A DNA stretch of 64,000 nt from Saprospiraceae bacterium. GTDB lineage: Bacteria > Bacteroidota > Bacteroidia > Chitinophagales > Saprospiraceae. The notes under the pieces are model-generated. The model was given only the letters and a program-made list of their open reading frames with translations. It searched no databases and was not told the DNA's origin. The DNA lies in the NCBI GenBank assembly GCA_965658745.1, contig CBFHTK010000004.1, forward strand, positions 55,960-119,959, written 5' to 3'. Below, one piece after another: positions 37,962-47,770 of the stretch; within the stretch, counting starts at the first letter, position 1; every line of letters begins with the position of its first letter. The position numbers were made by a program, and so were the translations under genes.

Positions 37962-38252
37962 ATGAAAAAACATAATGATCAACCGATTCAAGACATTCTA
38001 AAAGGAATGATGAAGAAGGGGCCTTTGACTTCTGGTTATTATGATACACAAGTCAAGCTAATCTGGAATAATAAATTAGGTAAATTACTCACAAATCAAA
38101 CTGTAAAGATTCACCTTAATAAAGGAGTAATCTACTTGAAGTTAAATTCAGCTCCACTGAGAAAAGAACTCTTTATGGGAAAGGAGCAATTGATCAAACA
38201 ATTTAATGAGGAGCTAGGTGAAAATCTCGTCAAGGATATGATATTTTCATAA
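37962..38252 (+). CDS. DUF721-like protein (recF-associated)
   Basis: The open frame starts at 37872 inside recF. The ATG at 37962 (MKKHNDQPIQDIL...) gives 96 aa. A small basic protein directly after recF is the usual DUF721 position. Confidence 0.55.
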   Translation: MKKHNDQPIQDILKGMMKKGPLTSGYYDTQVKLIWNNKLGKLLTNQTVKIHLNKGVIYLKLNSAPLRKELFMGKEQLIKQFNEELGENLVKDMIFS

Positions 38253-38289
38253 AAAAAAGCGTTTCACAGTTTTACCATGAAACGCTTTT
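38251..38289. terminator. Bidirectional terminator between the DUF721-like gene and the S8 peptidase gene
   Basis: A perfect 10 bp stem, AAGCGTTTCA (38257-38266) with TGAAACGCTT (38278-38287), has A8 upstream and T4 downstream. It sits between convergent stops. Confidence 0.75.
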
Positions 38290-38308
38290 CAATCAATTTG
38301 ACCTTTAT

Positions 38309-39961
38309 TTAGGCTTTATTAGCTTTAATCTTTTTCTTTCCTTTTGTCTTACTTGCCAGCTCTAAGGCTTTAAATGCATTCAAGTGACCACCTGAAGTAC
38401 TTAGTGAACTGAAGTCAACAACTTCGTCAGATCCAGGTTTGCTTACCTTGATCATCCGCTTATCACTAGATTGCTCTATGATTTCTTTTACTTGTTCAGC
38501 TGTAAGGCTAGGGTAGTATGATCGTATTAATGCAGCTACACCAGCAACTACTGGAGAAGCCATACTTGTGCCTTGAGCGTTTTGGTAATTATTGTCTGGA
38601 GTGGTAGAGTATATAGCCATACCTGGTGCAAAAACATCTACATTTTCTTTACCATAATTTGAAAATGGCGCAACTGCATCTTCTCCCTCTTTCCAATTTA
38701 AAGCACCAACCTCTAACCAATTGTCAAATGTCTTGTCCTTTTTCCAAAATAGAACTCGTTTTCTGTACATATCATTCGGGAAGTTATCTGTTACATCATT
38801 GTCCTGACTGCTGTTCCCAGCTGCATGAACCAAAAGAACATCATTCTTTTCAGCGTACTTAATTGCTTTCTCAACTACTTCTTCGTTCCATGAGTATCCT
38901 TTTCCAAAGCTCATATTAACTACTGAAGCACCGTTGTCAACTGCATAGCGAATTGCATTGGCAACATCCTTGTCACGCTCATCTCCATTTGGTACTGTAC
39001 GAACAGACATTATCTTCACATTGTCAGCAACTCCATTCATTCCCAGACCATTGTCTCTTTCAGCACCGATAATTCCTGCTACGTGCGTACCATGAAAAGC
39101 ATCTGGTCCTTCAACGTCGTTATTACCGTAGTATTTTTCAGTTTGATCTTCGTAATTGTCACCAATTACCACTCGAGAATCAAAGTCTGGATTGTAACCA
39201 TATTCAAGTTGATTGCCATAGTATTCATATGCACCCTTGTATTGTTCTCCAATTGCATTTTTCATCTCGTCAACTGTTTTTGCATCTGCATACAATTGTT
39301 TAACGATGTTACTAGCAACAACGAACTGTTGTTCACCAGTTGTAGCAAGGCTATCTGCAAATTCGGGAGTTAATTCACTACCTCCTAAAGCTGCTTCTAG
39401 CGCATCTAATGCTCCGTAGATCATACCTTCATTACCCTTGATTCTCTCAAGTGATTTTTCAGCCTTAGCTCGATTTTCTTCCAATTCCTTTTTTACCTTT
39501 TGGTAGAATTCATATTCTTTCTTGCCTTTCTTAGTCAGTTTTTCAGGATCAGCATTTTCATACTTGTAACTGTATTTTTTGTAAACTCTGGCAATTTCGA
39601 GATTGTCGTCATTCACATTTTTTCCATCAGGACCTCCGATGAAATTCCATCCGTGCACATCATCTACATATCCATTTCCATCGTCATCAATACCATTATC
39701 AGCTGTTTCGCCTGGATTGACCCACATAACATCGTCAAGATCTTCGTGCTCTGCATCAACACCTGAGTCAATCACAGCAACAACCACAGAAACACTTGAT
39801 TTTCCTTTTAGCAGTTCTTCATAAGCACGTTCAGTACTCACTCCATAGACTCCGTCTTTCTCTTTGTCTAAATTAAACCAGTTGGCTGGAGGCCCGTCTT
39901 GGGCTTGAAGTCCCATATATCCTAATGCTAGGAAAAAAGTGTATAACAATTTCTTATTCAT
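38309..39961 (-). CDS. S8 (subtilisin) family serine peptidase
   Basis: The catalytic triad blocks are VAVIDSGVD, HGTHVAGIIGA and GTSMASPVVAGVAAL. I chose the ATG at 39961 (MNKKLLYTFFLALGYMGLQA signal peptide) over the GTG at 39988, because a TATATTTG box overlaps the latter. There is no T9SS tail. Confidence 0.88.
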   Translation of the reverse strand: MNKKLLYTFFLALGYMGLQAQDGPPANWFNLDKEKDGVYGVSTERAYEELLKGKSSVSVVVAVIDSGVDAEHEDLDDVMWVNPGETADNGIDDDGNGYVDDVHGWNFIGGPDGKNVNDDNLEIARVYKKYSYKYENADPEKLTKKGKKEYEFYQKVKKELEENRAKAEKSLERIKGNEGMIYGALDALEAALGGSELTPEFADSLATTGEQQFVVASNIVKQLYADAKTVDEMKNAIGEQYKGAYEYYGNQLEYGYNPDFDSRVVIGDNYEDQTEKYYGNNDVEGPDAFHGTHVAGIIGAERDNGLGMNGVADNVKIMSVRTVPNGDERDKDVANAIRYAVDNGASVVNMSFGKGYSWNEEVVEKAIKYAEKNDVLLVHAAGNSSQDNDVTDNFPNDMYRKRVLFWKKDKTFDNWLEVGALNWKEGEDAVAPFSNYGKENVDVFAPGMAIYSTTPDNNYQNAQGTSMASPVVAGVAALIRSYYPSLTAEQVKEIIEQSSDKRMIKVSKPGSDEVVDFSSLSTSGGHLNAFKALELASKTKGKKKIKANKA

Positions 39962-39987
39962 AGTACATTTTTTTTTGTAAAGTAACA

Positions 39988-39995
39988 CAAATATA
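39988..39995 (-). promoter_or_regulatory. Bacteroidota -7 box candidate (TATATTTG on the minus strand)
   Basis: CAAATATA on the plus strand, 27 nt upstream of the S8 peptidase ATG (39961). An A9 tract follows in the presumed 5' UTR. Confidence 0.4.
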
Positions 39996-40208
39996 GTCTT
40001 GCCAACAAAATGATATAAAGATTTATGTTGTAATACTGCTATTTATGATATTATTAACGTCTCAGATATAGAAGGTTTTCAGCCTATTTGTTTTTGAGTT
40101 GATAATTTGATGCTATAATCGAGGAGTAATGTGTTGATGTTCACAAGTTCTACTGCTGATACAGCGACTTGGTCAGTTTTGACATCTTTTCTAAACAATT
40201 ATATTGTT

Positions 40209-40216
40209 TAATTTTG
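40209..40216 (+). promoter_or_regulatory. Bacteroidota -7 box candidate (TAATTTTG)
   Basis: Matches TAnnTTTG, 35 nt upstream of the ATG at 40251. Confidence 0.4.
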
Positions 40217-40250
40217 CGTAGAGATTTTATATATGTAATATTGTATTAAT

Positions 40251-41108
40251 ATGTACAAAGCTGTTTTATATCTAGTTTTTGCTTTAGTTTTTTCTATATC
40301 CTCTACAAAGAATGCTAAAGCACAGTCTTATTTTGAGCTTGGCGGTAGCGTTGGTCTGTCTAATTATAGCGGCGATCTTATCAACAGCATTAGTCTAGCG
40401 TTAAGACAGAGTCATCCTGCAGTAAGCGCATTTTCCAAATTCAACATAAATTCAACGCTTTCTACAAGAGTGGGAGTGACTTATGCTAAGGTTTCTGGTT
40501 CCGATGCACTTACTGAAAGGTCTGAGTTAATAAGGCGCAATCTAAGTTTTGATTCGGATATTTATGAAATTGCTGGGATGCTAGAAGTGAACATTTTCAA
40601 GTTTTCTGCTATTGCAAGTGAAAATATATTTACCCCATACGTAGCTCTTGGTTTTGGAGCCTTCAGATTTGATCCAACGACTGAGTATAATGGTCAGAGG
40701 ATTCGATTACAACCCTTGGGCACCGAAGGTCAAGGTACTTCAGCAGCGCCGAATAATCCAAAGTACAGTTTAACGCAACTTAATATACCTTTTGGTGGAG
40801 GAGTAAAATTCAAGTTGGCAGATAACATCACTGGTTTTGTTGACTTAACATGGAGAAGGACCTTTACGGATTATCTCGACGATGTGAGTACATCGTATGT
40901 CGATCCCGAAATTCTGCTAGCTGAAGGAGGAGAACTTACTCTTGCTTTAAGCAATAGGACAGGAGAATTCCTTGGGGAAGAAGGATACATTAGCAATGGA
41001 GTTCAGAGAGGAAATCTGACAATTAATGACTATTATTTTATGGGCGCAGTTGGCGTGAGCTTTGCTTTTTATTCAAGTGGAAGTAATGTAGAATGTCCAA
41101 AATTCTGA
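40251..41108 (+). CDS. Outer-membrane beta-barrel protein (DUF6089-like)
   Basis: 285 aa with a signal peptide. The mature N-terminus is QSYFELGGSVGLSNYSGDL. Alternating hydrophobic beta-strand periodicity continues throughout. Its N-terminal block resembles that of the protein at 58992-59723. Confidence 0.5.
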   Translation: MYKAVLYLVFALVFSISSTKNAKAQSYFELGGSVGLSNYSGDLINSISLALRQSHPAVSAFSKFNINSTLSTRVGVTYAKVSGSDALTERSELIRRNLSFDSDIYEIAGMLEVNIFKFSAIASENIFTPYVALGFGAFRFDPTTEYNGQRIRLQPLGTEGQGTSAAPNNPKYSLTQLNIPFGGGVKFKLADNITGFVDLTWRRTFTDYLDDVSTSYVDPEILLAEGGELTLALSNRTGEFLGEEGYISNGVQRGNLTINDYYFMGAVGVSFAFYSSGSNVECPKF

Positions 41109-41116
41109 TAGTTTTG
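41109..41116 (+). promoter_or_regulatory. Bacteroidota -7 box candidate (TAGTTTTG)
   Basis: Matches TAnnTTTG, 42 nt upstream of the recQ TTG start. Confidence 0.35.
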
Positions 41117-41157
41117 TAAGTAATTATTGTTGTTAAATCATCTAGCGAGTCCTCATT

Positions 41158-43053
41158 TTGTCTAAAGCTAAACAGATTCTTCAGAAGCACTGGTCCTATG
41201 ACAGCTTTAGACCGCTTCAAGCTGAGATAGTCCAAGAGATTATCGAAGGAAAACCAGTTGTAGGATTGCTGCCAACTGGTGCTGGTAAATCCATTTGTTA
41301 TCAAGTTCCTGGAATTGTTAGACCAGGTTTAACCTTGGTTATTTCGCCCTTAGTAGCGTTGATGGAAGATCAGGTTAGTCAATTAAAAGAGAGGGGGATC
41401 AAAGCAATTTTTCTTCACGGAGGCATGCATAAACGTGAGATTGATCAAGGTATAGATAACGCTATTTACGGGCAGTATGATTTTCTTTACATGGCACCTG
41501 AGAGGATTCAAAGTGAATTGTTTCAAGCAAGAATGCATAAGATGAATCTATCGTTGATTGCAATTGACGAAGCACACTGTATTTCACAATGGGGACATGA
41601 TTTTAGACCGTCTTATCTAAAGATTGATGTACTTAAGGATCACTTTCCTGACATACCTTTTGTCGCATTTACTGCTACTGCAACAAAAGAAACACTAGAA
41701 GATATTCGGTCTTTTTTACCCTTGAAAAAAGCAAAACTTTTTAGGCAGTCTTTTGCGAAAGCAAATTTATCCTACTCCGTATTGTGGACAACTGACAAGT
41801 TAAAAGAACTAAAATGCATACTGGAACGATTACAAGGAGCAGGGATTATTTATGTTCGTAATCGATCAATGACAGAGAAGATCTCTGCTATTCTTAAAGC
41901 GAAAGGACATAATGTGGACTTCTATCATGCTGGCTTGGGATACGAACAACGTCAGAAAAAACAGATGGAGTGGATTCGAAGCGCTGATGGTATTATTGTT
42001 TCAACCAATGCATTCGGGATGGGGGTGGATAAAGCAAATGTCAGGTGGGTTTTGCATATGGATATACCAACGTCATTGGAGGAATATTACCAAGAAGCAG
42101 GAAGGGCAGGAAGAGATGGTAAGGATTCTTTCGCAGTTTTGATTTATGACGACAAGGATATTGAGAATGCTTTTAGAAAAATGGAGTTAGGGCAGGTAGA
42201 TCATAAACAGATTAATGAGGTTTATGAAAAGCTCAACCAATTTCTGCATATTCCAATCGGAGATGGTCACGAGACTTGGTTTGACTTCGATATCAATCTC
42301 TTCTGCAAGTACTCTGGCTTTTCGCTCTTACAAGTTCAGGTAGTGTTTAAAATTCTTGAAGAAGCAGGAATACTGTTTGCTACTGACTCATTTTTTAAAC
42401 CCTCTACGCTGCATTTTGAAGTATCAAAAGAATCATTCATAAGGACGGCCTCAAGTTCATCTTTTCAATCCTTTTTGACAACGGTAGTGCGAACTTACGA
42501 AGGTCTTTTTTCACATCCTGTCAAAGTAAGTGAAGAAAAGATAGCTCGTTTAACTGACTTGCCAGTATCGAAAGTTATCGAGTTTCTGAGTAAGATTAAC
42601 GATCTTGAAATCGGAATTTACATCCCGAGATCAGAAATACCCCAAGTGAAATTTGCTTTTCCGAGATTTGAGGCAAAGTCCATAAATATAGATTATGCTC
42701 GAATAAATAGACAGTACAAAACGAATTGGAGAAAGCTAGAGGCTATGATTGAGTATCTGGAGTCTGCTCATTGTAGAGAACAGCATATTTTGGAGTACTT
42801 TGATGAGAGAAACACAAATAGTTGTGGTCATTGTGACTTGTGTAGGGGTAGTGCAAAAACAGATTTTTCAGTGAGGGAACTGAAGGACTTAAGGAGCTAT
42901 CTAGTTGAAAAGGTGGAGACTGAAATTGATCTTTTTGATGTTCTACATTGGTGGCCTTTCAATAAGAGAAAGAAGGTACTGCATATGCTGTCGGTTCTAG
43001 AAAATGAGAATCGTATTTCAATTAATCACTCGAAGTTAAAAGTCATCAAGTGA
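41158..43053 (+). CDS. recQ: RecQ-family ATP-dependent DNA helicase
   Basis: 631 aa with a TTG start. Motif I is LPTGAGKSICYQ, the DEAH box is IDEAHCISQWGHDFRPSY and motif VI is QEAGRAGRDG. A C-terminal Cys cluster (CREQ...CGHCDLC) is also present. Confidence 0.85.
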   Translation: MSKAKQILQKHWSYDSFRPLQAEIVQEIIEGKPVVGLLPTGAGKSICYQVPGIVRPGLTLVISPLVALMEDQVSQLKERGIKAIFLHGGMHKREIDQGIDNAIYGQYDFLYMAPERIQSELFQARMHKMNLSLIAIDEAHCISQWGHDFRPSYLKIDVLKDHFPDIPFVAFTATATKETLEDIRSFLPLKKAKLFRQSFAKANLSYSVLWTTDKLKELKCILERLQGAGIIYVRNRSMTEKISAILKAKGHNVDFYHAGLGYEQRQKKQMEWIRSADGIIVSTNAFGMGVDKANVRWVLHMDIPTSLEEYYQEAGRAGRDGKDSFAVLIYDDKDIENAFRKMELGQVDHKQINEVYEKLNQFLHIPIGDGHETWFDFDINLFCKYSGFSLLQVQVVFKILEEAGILFATDSFFKPSTLHFEVSKESFIRTASSSSFQSFLTTVVRTYEGLFSHPVKVSEEKIARLTDLPVSKVIEFLSKINDLEIGIYIPRSEIPQVKFAFPRFEAKSINIDYARINRQYKTNWRKLEAMIEYLESAHCREQHILEYFDERNTNSCGHCDLCRGSAKTDFSVRELKDLRSYLVEKVETEIDLFDVLHWWPFNKRKKVLHMLSVLENENRISINHSKLKVIK

Positions 43054-44141
43054 AACGTTTATATATATTAATTACTAATAATATATCTTTCGATCAACGA
43101 ATGCATAAGATCGCGGAAACACTTTCTATTGATTTTGATGTGAGTATTATTGGTAGCTCTACTCGTAGGCCTCAACCTTTAGAACAAAGGTGCTATAAGC
43201 AAAATCGGATAAAGACAGTTTTTCAAAGCGGCAAAGGTTTTTACATAGAATACAATCTTCGTCTACTTTGGATGCTCTTTTGGCGAAAGCCAGATGTGAT
43301 ATACTCAGTAGATTTGGATACTCTGCTTCCGGCAACTATCATAAGCAAAGCCAAGAAACTTCCGTTGATCTACGATGCTCATGAGTATTTTACAGAAGTT
43401 CCCGAGCTACAAGGGAGGACTTTCGTCCAAAATATCTGGCGGAAAATTGAGCGCTATGGTATTAAACAAGCGTCGCTATGTATCACAGTCGGCAATGAAT
43501 TGTCCAAAATCTATGAATCTTTCTATTCAAAGACATTCCATACGGTAAGAAATGTTCCGATTTTACAAGATACTCAAAATGAGGAAACGCCAAGATATGA
43601 GCGCAGGACCATTATATATCAGGGAGCGGTCAACGAAGGTAGGGGAGTAGAAGCAAGTATACGAGCAATGCAACACCTGCCACATATGCAGCTAATTATT
43701 GCAGGTGGTGGACCTTCTTTAGAAGCATGTAAGAACTTGACAGAAAAATTGGGATTAGAAAATATCGTATTTACTGGGATGCTGTCACCTAGCCAACTGC
43801 GAAACTACACTAAAAAAGCATGGTTGGGTCTCAATCTCTTGGAAGGAGGAAGTCTAAATTATTTCTACTCTCTAGCCAATAAATTCTTCGATTATACAGC
43901 TTGTCTCGTGCCTTCTGTCAATATGAATTTTCCCGAATACTCAACGCTTATTAGCCAGCACAAAGTCGGCCTACTAATAGAACCTAAGGATATTCCTCAA
44001 CTACATAAGTTTATTTTGTCTTTGGAAAAAGACGAAGAAAGATACACTTCTATGAAAAAGGCATGTCAGCAAGCAAGAGATGAATGGAATTGGAACACAG
44101 AATCCGTAAGGTTAAATCGTCTGGTAAAACGACTTACATGA
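43050..44141 (+). CDS. Glycosyltransferase (GT4/GT1-like)
   Basis: 363 aa with a GTG start in a GTGA overlap with the recQ stop. It has two Rossmann-like halves, and the C-terminal half carries LIIAGGGP...L and the E-x7-E-like region of GT-B retaining transferases. Confidence 0.65.
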   Translation: MKRLYILITNNISFDQRMHKIAETLSIDFDVSIIGSSTRRPQPLEQRCYKQNRIKTVFQSGKGFYIEYNLRLLWMLFWRKPDVIYSVDLDTLLPATIISKAKKLPLIYDAHEYFTEVPELQGRTFVQNIWRKIERYGIKQASLCITVGNELSKIYESFYSKTFHTVRNVPILQDTQNEETPRYERRTIIYQGAVNEGRGVEASIRAMQHLPHMQLIIAGGGPSLEACKNLTEKLGLENIVFTGMLSPSQLRNYTKKAWLGLNLLEGGSLNYFYSLANKFFDYTACLVPSVNMNFPEYSTLISQHKVGLLIEPKDIPQLHKFILSLEKDEERYTSMKKACQQARDEWNWNTESVRLNRLVKRLT

Positions 44142-44173
44142 TATCTGAATTACTTCAAAAGTTAGTTTTTTCG

Positions 44174-44181
44174 TAGTTTTG
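44174..44181 (+). promoter_or_regulatory. Bacteroidota -7 box candidate (TAGTTTTG)
   Basis: Matches TAnnTTTG, 17 nt upstream of the GTG at 44198. Confidence 0.35.
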
Positions 44182-44197
44182 TGGAAACTTTAAGGCC

Positions 44198-45232
44198 GTG
44201 GCACTATTCAGTCTAATTTACGATCGATTTCTACTTTCTACTAAGAAAAGAAAATTCCGAGAATCAGGTATTAAGGATCGAGAAATAGGTAATACACCCT
44301 TAATCCGACTATTTCACTACTCCTCGACGTACAGTAGACTTATGTACGCCAAGATGGAATGCGAAAATCCTACTAGATCAGCAAAGGATAGGGTAGCGCA
44401 ATACATCCTTAACAAAGCAATTGAAGAAGGAGGGATTAACAAGAATACAACAGTTATAGAAGCCTCATCTGGAAATACTGGTCTCGCTCTTGCAAGACTT
44501 TCCAACAAGATGGGCATTAAATGCATCATAACGATAAAAGATAAAGTGTCTGCCACAAAGATTTCTGATCTCAAGCAACAAGGCGCTAAAGTGATAATAT
44601 GTTCAGCAAAAGCAGACCGCTCTAGTCTTGATAATTACATTACGAAAGCAGAGCATCTTGCCGAAACAATTGAAGATGCTTTTTATGTGAATCAAAATTA
44701 CAATCCAGATAATACGGAAGCACATTATAATTCAACTGGGCCAGAAATTTGGGATCAGACAGGTGGTGCAATAACGCATCTCGTAGGAACTATTGGTACG
44801 GGAGGAACTCTTTCAGGAACAGCTAAGTATCTAAAGGAAATGAATCCAGAGATTCAAGTTATAGCTATTGATGCTAAAGGTTCCGTACTACAGCATTTCT
44901 ACGAAACTGGCGAACTAGATAAAAGTAAAGCTGGGTCTTACAATATGGATGGAGTCGGCAAGAAATTTATTCCAGCAAATGTCCGATTCGAATACTTTGA
45001 TCAAGTTTTACAGGTGTCAGATATTGAAGCCTATCATAGCTGCATCGAGTTGAATAAAGAAGAAAGTATTTTTGTAGGACATTCTTCAGGAGCGGTAATG
45101 GAAGGAATGAAACAAATCGCTCATGAATGCGACCGAAAAGCTTGCATTGTTGGAATCTTTCCCGATCATGGGTCGAAATATGAGAAATCAATATTTTCCA
45201 ATCAATGGCTAGAAGACAAAGGCTTCATATAA
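44198..45232 (+). CDS. PLP-dependent cysteine synthase / cystathionine beta-synthase family protein
   Basis: 344 aa with a GTG start. The PLP-lysine block is NPTRSAKDRVA. EASSGNTGLALA and the glycine loop GTIGTGGTLSG follow. Confidence 0.8.
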   Translation: MALFSLIYDRFLLSTKKRKFRESGIKDREIGNTPLIRLFHYSSTYSRLMYAKMECENPTRSAKDRVAQYILNKAIEEGGINKNTTVIEASSGNTGLALARLSNKMGIKCIITIKDKVSATKISDLKQQGAKVIICSAKADRSSLDNYITKAEHLAETIEDAFYVNQNYNPDNTEAHYNSTGPEIWDQTGGAITHLVGTIGTGGTLSGTAKYLKEMNPEIQVIAIDAKGSVLQHFYETGELDKSKAGSYNMDGVGKKFIPANVRFEYFDQVLQVSDIEAYHSCIELNKEESIFVGHSSGAVMEGMKQIAHECDRKACIVGIFPDHGSKYEKSIFSNQWLEDKGFI

Positions 45233-45358
45233 CCTGAGAAGACCAAATTCAATTCTTTTAAAAGTCACAGCTGACAGAAGAACAACATCGAAAAAGACAA
45301 GCATTATTGATTGTACTTTTTCAAACCTTAATCACAAATAACTGTTTATTTTTGCATT

Positions 45359-46474
45359 ATGAGTAAGAAAGGACGAGTATTAGTAGCCATGAGTGGTGGT
45401 ATTGATAGCACAGTGACAGCTATGATGTTGCATGAGCAAGGGTATGAAGTGGTAGGCATTACTATGAAGACCTGGGATTATGCAAGCTCAGGAAGTTCCA
45501 AAAAGGAAACTGGATGTTGCAGCCTAGACTCAATTAATGACGCACGTGAGGTTGCTGTTAATATGGGGTTTCCACACTTCATTATCGATATACGTGAAGA
45601 GTTTGGTGACTATGTAATTGATAATTTTGTTGACGAATATATAGCAGGACGAACTCCTAATCCGTGTGTTTTGTGTAACACCCACATTAAGTGGTCTGCT
45701 TTGCTCAAAAGGGCAGACGCTATGGATTGTGAGTTTATTGCAACTGGTCACTATGCTAAAGTAGCTGAGCACAATGGGCGCAAGTTTGTTCAGAAATCCA
45801 AAGACTTAGGAAAGGATCAAAGTTATGTATTATGGGGACTTTCTCAGGAGTGCCTGGAAAGAAGTAGATTCCCATTGGGGCCGTATACTAAACCTGAGGT
45901 AAGACAGATGGCTGCAGACTTTGGATATGAGGCATTGTCAAAGAAAGCGGAAAGCTATGAAATATGCTTTGTTCCCGATAATGATTATAGAGGCTTTCTA
46001 GATACTAGAGTACCTACTTTAGCTGCTGAAGTGGCTGGAGGGGACTTTATCGATATTTCAGGAAATGTCTTAGGACAGCACCGAGGTTATCCATATTTTA
46101 CGATTGGTCAGCGAAAAGGCTTAGGCAAAGCATTTGGTAAACCGATGTATGTGACGGAAATTAGACCAGATTCTAATACCGTAGTACTTGGAGATGTGGA
46201 TGATTTGATCAGAAATGGTATGATGGTAGGTGGAGTCAATTTGATGAAGTACGAAACTTTACCTGAAAGCTTTCAGGCTACAACAACTGTTAGATACAAT
46301 GATCCAGGAACTTTGTCTGTTCTAAAGCAGCTGAGTGCAGACTCTGTGGAGGTTGAGTTTTTAGCTAATGTACGAGGTGTCGCTCCAGGACAAAGTGCCG
46401 TGTTCTACGATGGTGATGATGTGATAGGAGGAGGAATAATCAAGACTTCGATCTTATCTTCACGCGATAATTAG
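45359..46474 (+). CDS. mnmA: tRNA 2-thiouridine(34) synthase
   Basis: 371 aa with the PP-loop VAMSGGIDSTV, then NPCVLCN, ATGHYA and KDQSYVLW. Confidence 0.9.
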   Translation: MSKKGRVLVAMSGGIDSTVTAMMLHEQGYEVVGITMKTWDYASSGSSKKETGCCSLDSINDAREVAVNMGFPHFIIDIREEFGDYVIDNFVDEYIAGRTPNPCVLCNTHIKWSALLKRADAMDCEFIATGHYAKVAEHNGRKFVQKSKDLGKDQSYVLWGLSQECLERSRFPLGPYTKPEVRQMAADFGYEALSKKAESYEICFVPDNDYRGFLDTRVPTLAAEVAGGDFIDISGNVLGQHRGYPYFTIGQRKGLGKAFGKPMYVTEIRPDSNTVVLGDVDDLIRNGMMVGGVNLMKYETLPESFQATTTVRYNDPGTLSVLKQLSADSVEVEFLANVRGVAPGQSAVFYDGDDVIGGGIIKTSILSSRDN

Positions 46475-46490
46475 AAGTAGAAGGACGTGT

Positions 46491-47246
46491 ATGAAACAAG
46501 CCACTTATATTATAGCTATACTATTAAGCCTTGCATGCTTTACATCATGTGAGGAAGTTACCGAGGACGTGACCTTAGATAATTTCGGCTATGAGTACTT
46601 TCCTCTAGAAGAAAATGCATTTTGGATCTATAAAGTAGATAGCGTTATCTATTCCCAACTCGGAGAGGAAAAGGATACAACTTCTTCATATGTCAAGGAG
46701 GAAATCGTCGAAGTTTTCGTTGACCAAGTTCAAGACACTGTTTATCGTATAGAAAGAAGTGTAAGCAAGTCTTCGGATTATGAATGGAATGTCGTTGATG
46801 TTTGGGCAGCGCAGAAGAATCAGACCATGGCTACAAAGACAGAGGATAATCTGAAGTATATGAAACTAGTTTTCCCTTTAAAAGAAACTGTAAGTTGGGA
46901 TGGAAATGCTTTTATCACTGAGGATGTAGATGTTTTTGTGGGAGGAGAGACTCTAGACTTTCATCGCGACTGGGATTACAGAGTGTTGTCGATTGAATCC
47001 GATGCCTTGATTGGAGATGAATCTTATACTGAAGTAGCTACTATACAAAATGCAGATTCGGGCGAAAACGAATTGATACACAGAAGATTTGTTGTAGAGA
47101 AATATGCTAAGGATGTTGGTTTAGTATATAAAAGGCATGTTATTCTTGATACTCAATGTATTGTAGAGTGTGAAGGCCAGACTTGGGAAGAAAAGGGAGA
47201 AAAAGGATACCTACTTGAATCAGTCTTACTTGAATATGAGAAGTAA
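46491..47246 (+). CDS. Hypothetical lipoprotein
   Basis: 251 aa with a lipoprotein-type signal (ILLSLACFTSC). I recognise no family motif. It is wedged between mnmA and rimM and overlaps the rimM start by 11 nt. Confidence 0.5.
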   Translation: MKQATYIIAILLSLACFTSCEEVTEDVTLDNFGYEYFPLEENAFWIYKVDSVIYSQLGEEKDTTSSYVKEEIVEVFVDQVQDTVYRIERSVSKSSDYEWNVVDVWAAQKNQTMATKTEDNLKYMKLVFPLKETVSWDGNAFITEDVDVFVGGETLDFHRDWDYRVLSIESDALIGDESYTEVATIQNADSGENELIHRRFVVEKYAKDVGLVYKRHVILDTQCIVECEGQTWEEKGEKGYLLESVLLEYEK

Positions 47247-47757
47247 AATAAAGCTAATTCAGGATCTTAGTTTTATAAAAGTTGCGTCGCTTGGCAAAAG
47301 TTTTGGCACTGCTGGATTCAATCGTATCAAGGTTTATGAGTCTTTTGAGAAGTTGTGTAAAAAGCAAGATTTTTTATTTCTTAAACTAGATGACACCTAT
47401 GTTCCATTCAGGGTGATGCAGTGGAAGCAGGGAGGTAGTATGGTCCGTTTTGACGATATCATTTCGCAAGATCAAGCGGATCGTTTAAATGGAGTTGGTG
47501 TGTTTCTCCCAGATGATGCGGCTGGTCACTTGGAAGTTAATACTGAAATGCCATTTGTTGGTTATACAGTTCTAAACCTTGAGGAAAAGATCGGAGATAT
47601 CATTGAGATTTACGAAATGCCCCAGCAATTGCTTGCCCTTGTTGAATACGAAGGTAAGGAAATTTACATACCTCTCCATGAGGATCTCATTGTGGAAGTA
47701 AATGACGAGGAAGAGTATCTCGTAATGGATCTTCCCGAGGGCATTCTTGAACTCTAA
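47236..47757 (+). CDS. rimM: 16S rRNA processing protein RimM
   Basis: The open frame begins at a GTG at 47170 inside the previous gene. The ATG at 47236 gives 173 aa with a RimM-like start (FIKVASLGKSFGTAGFNRIKV) and a PRC-barrel-like C-terminus. Confidence 0.65.
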   Translation: MRSKIKLIQDLSFIKVASLGKSFGTAGFNRIKVYESFEKLCKKQDFLFLKLDDTYVPFRVMQWKQGGSMVRFDDIISQDQADRLNGVGVFLPDDAAGHLEVNTEMPFVGYTVLNLEEKIGDIIEIYEMPQQLLALVEYEGKEIYIPLHEDLIVEVNDEEEYLVMDLPEGILEL

Positions 47758-47770
47758 AAAATTATTTAAT

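Noticed and set aside
39968-39976. T9 (A9 on the coding strand) homopolymer upstream of the S8 peptidase, and the A8 tract at 32051-32058 in the first codons of mltG
   Set aside because: The first lies in the 5' UTR, where length change would not shift the frame, and A-rich leaders are normal in Bacteroidota. The second is simply a Lys-Lys-Lys run in a signal-anchor n-region of a core gene. Neither resembles a contingency locus as the 8-nt repeat does.
39962-39988. GTG-initiated 9-codon extension of the S8 peptidase
   Set aside because: A promoter-box match overlaps the GTG, and the ATG at 39961 gives a normal signal peptide.
41038-41304. 88-aa minus-strand ORF across the beta-barrel/recQ junction
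   Set aside because: It is antisense to two supported genes and has no motif.
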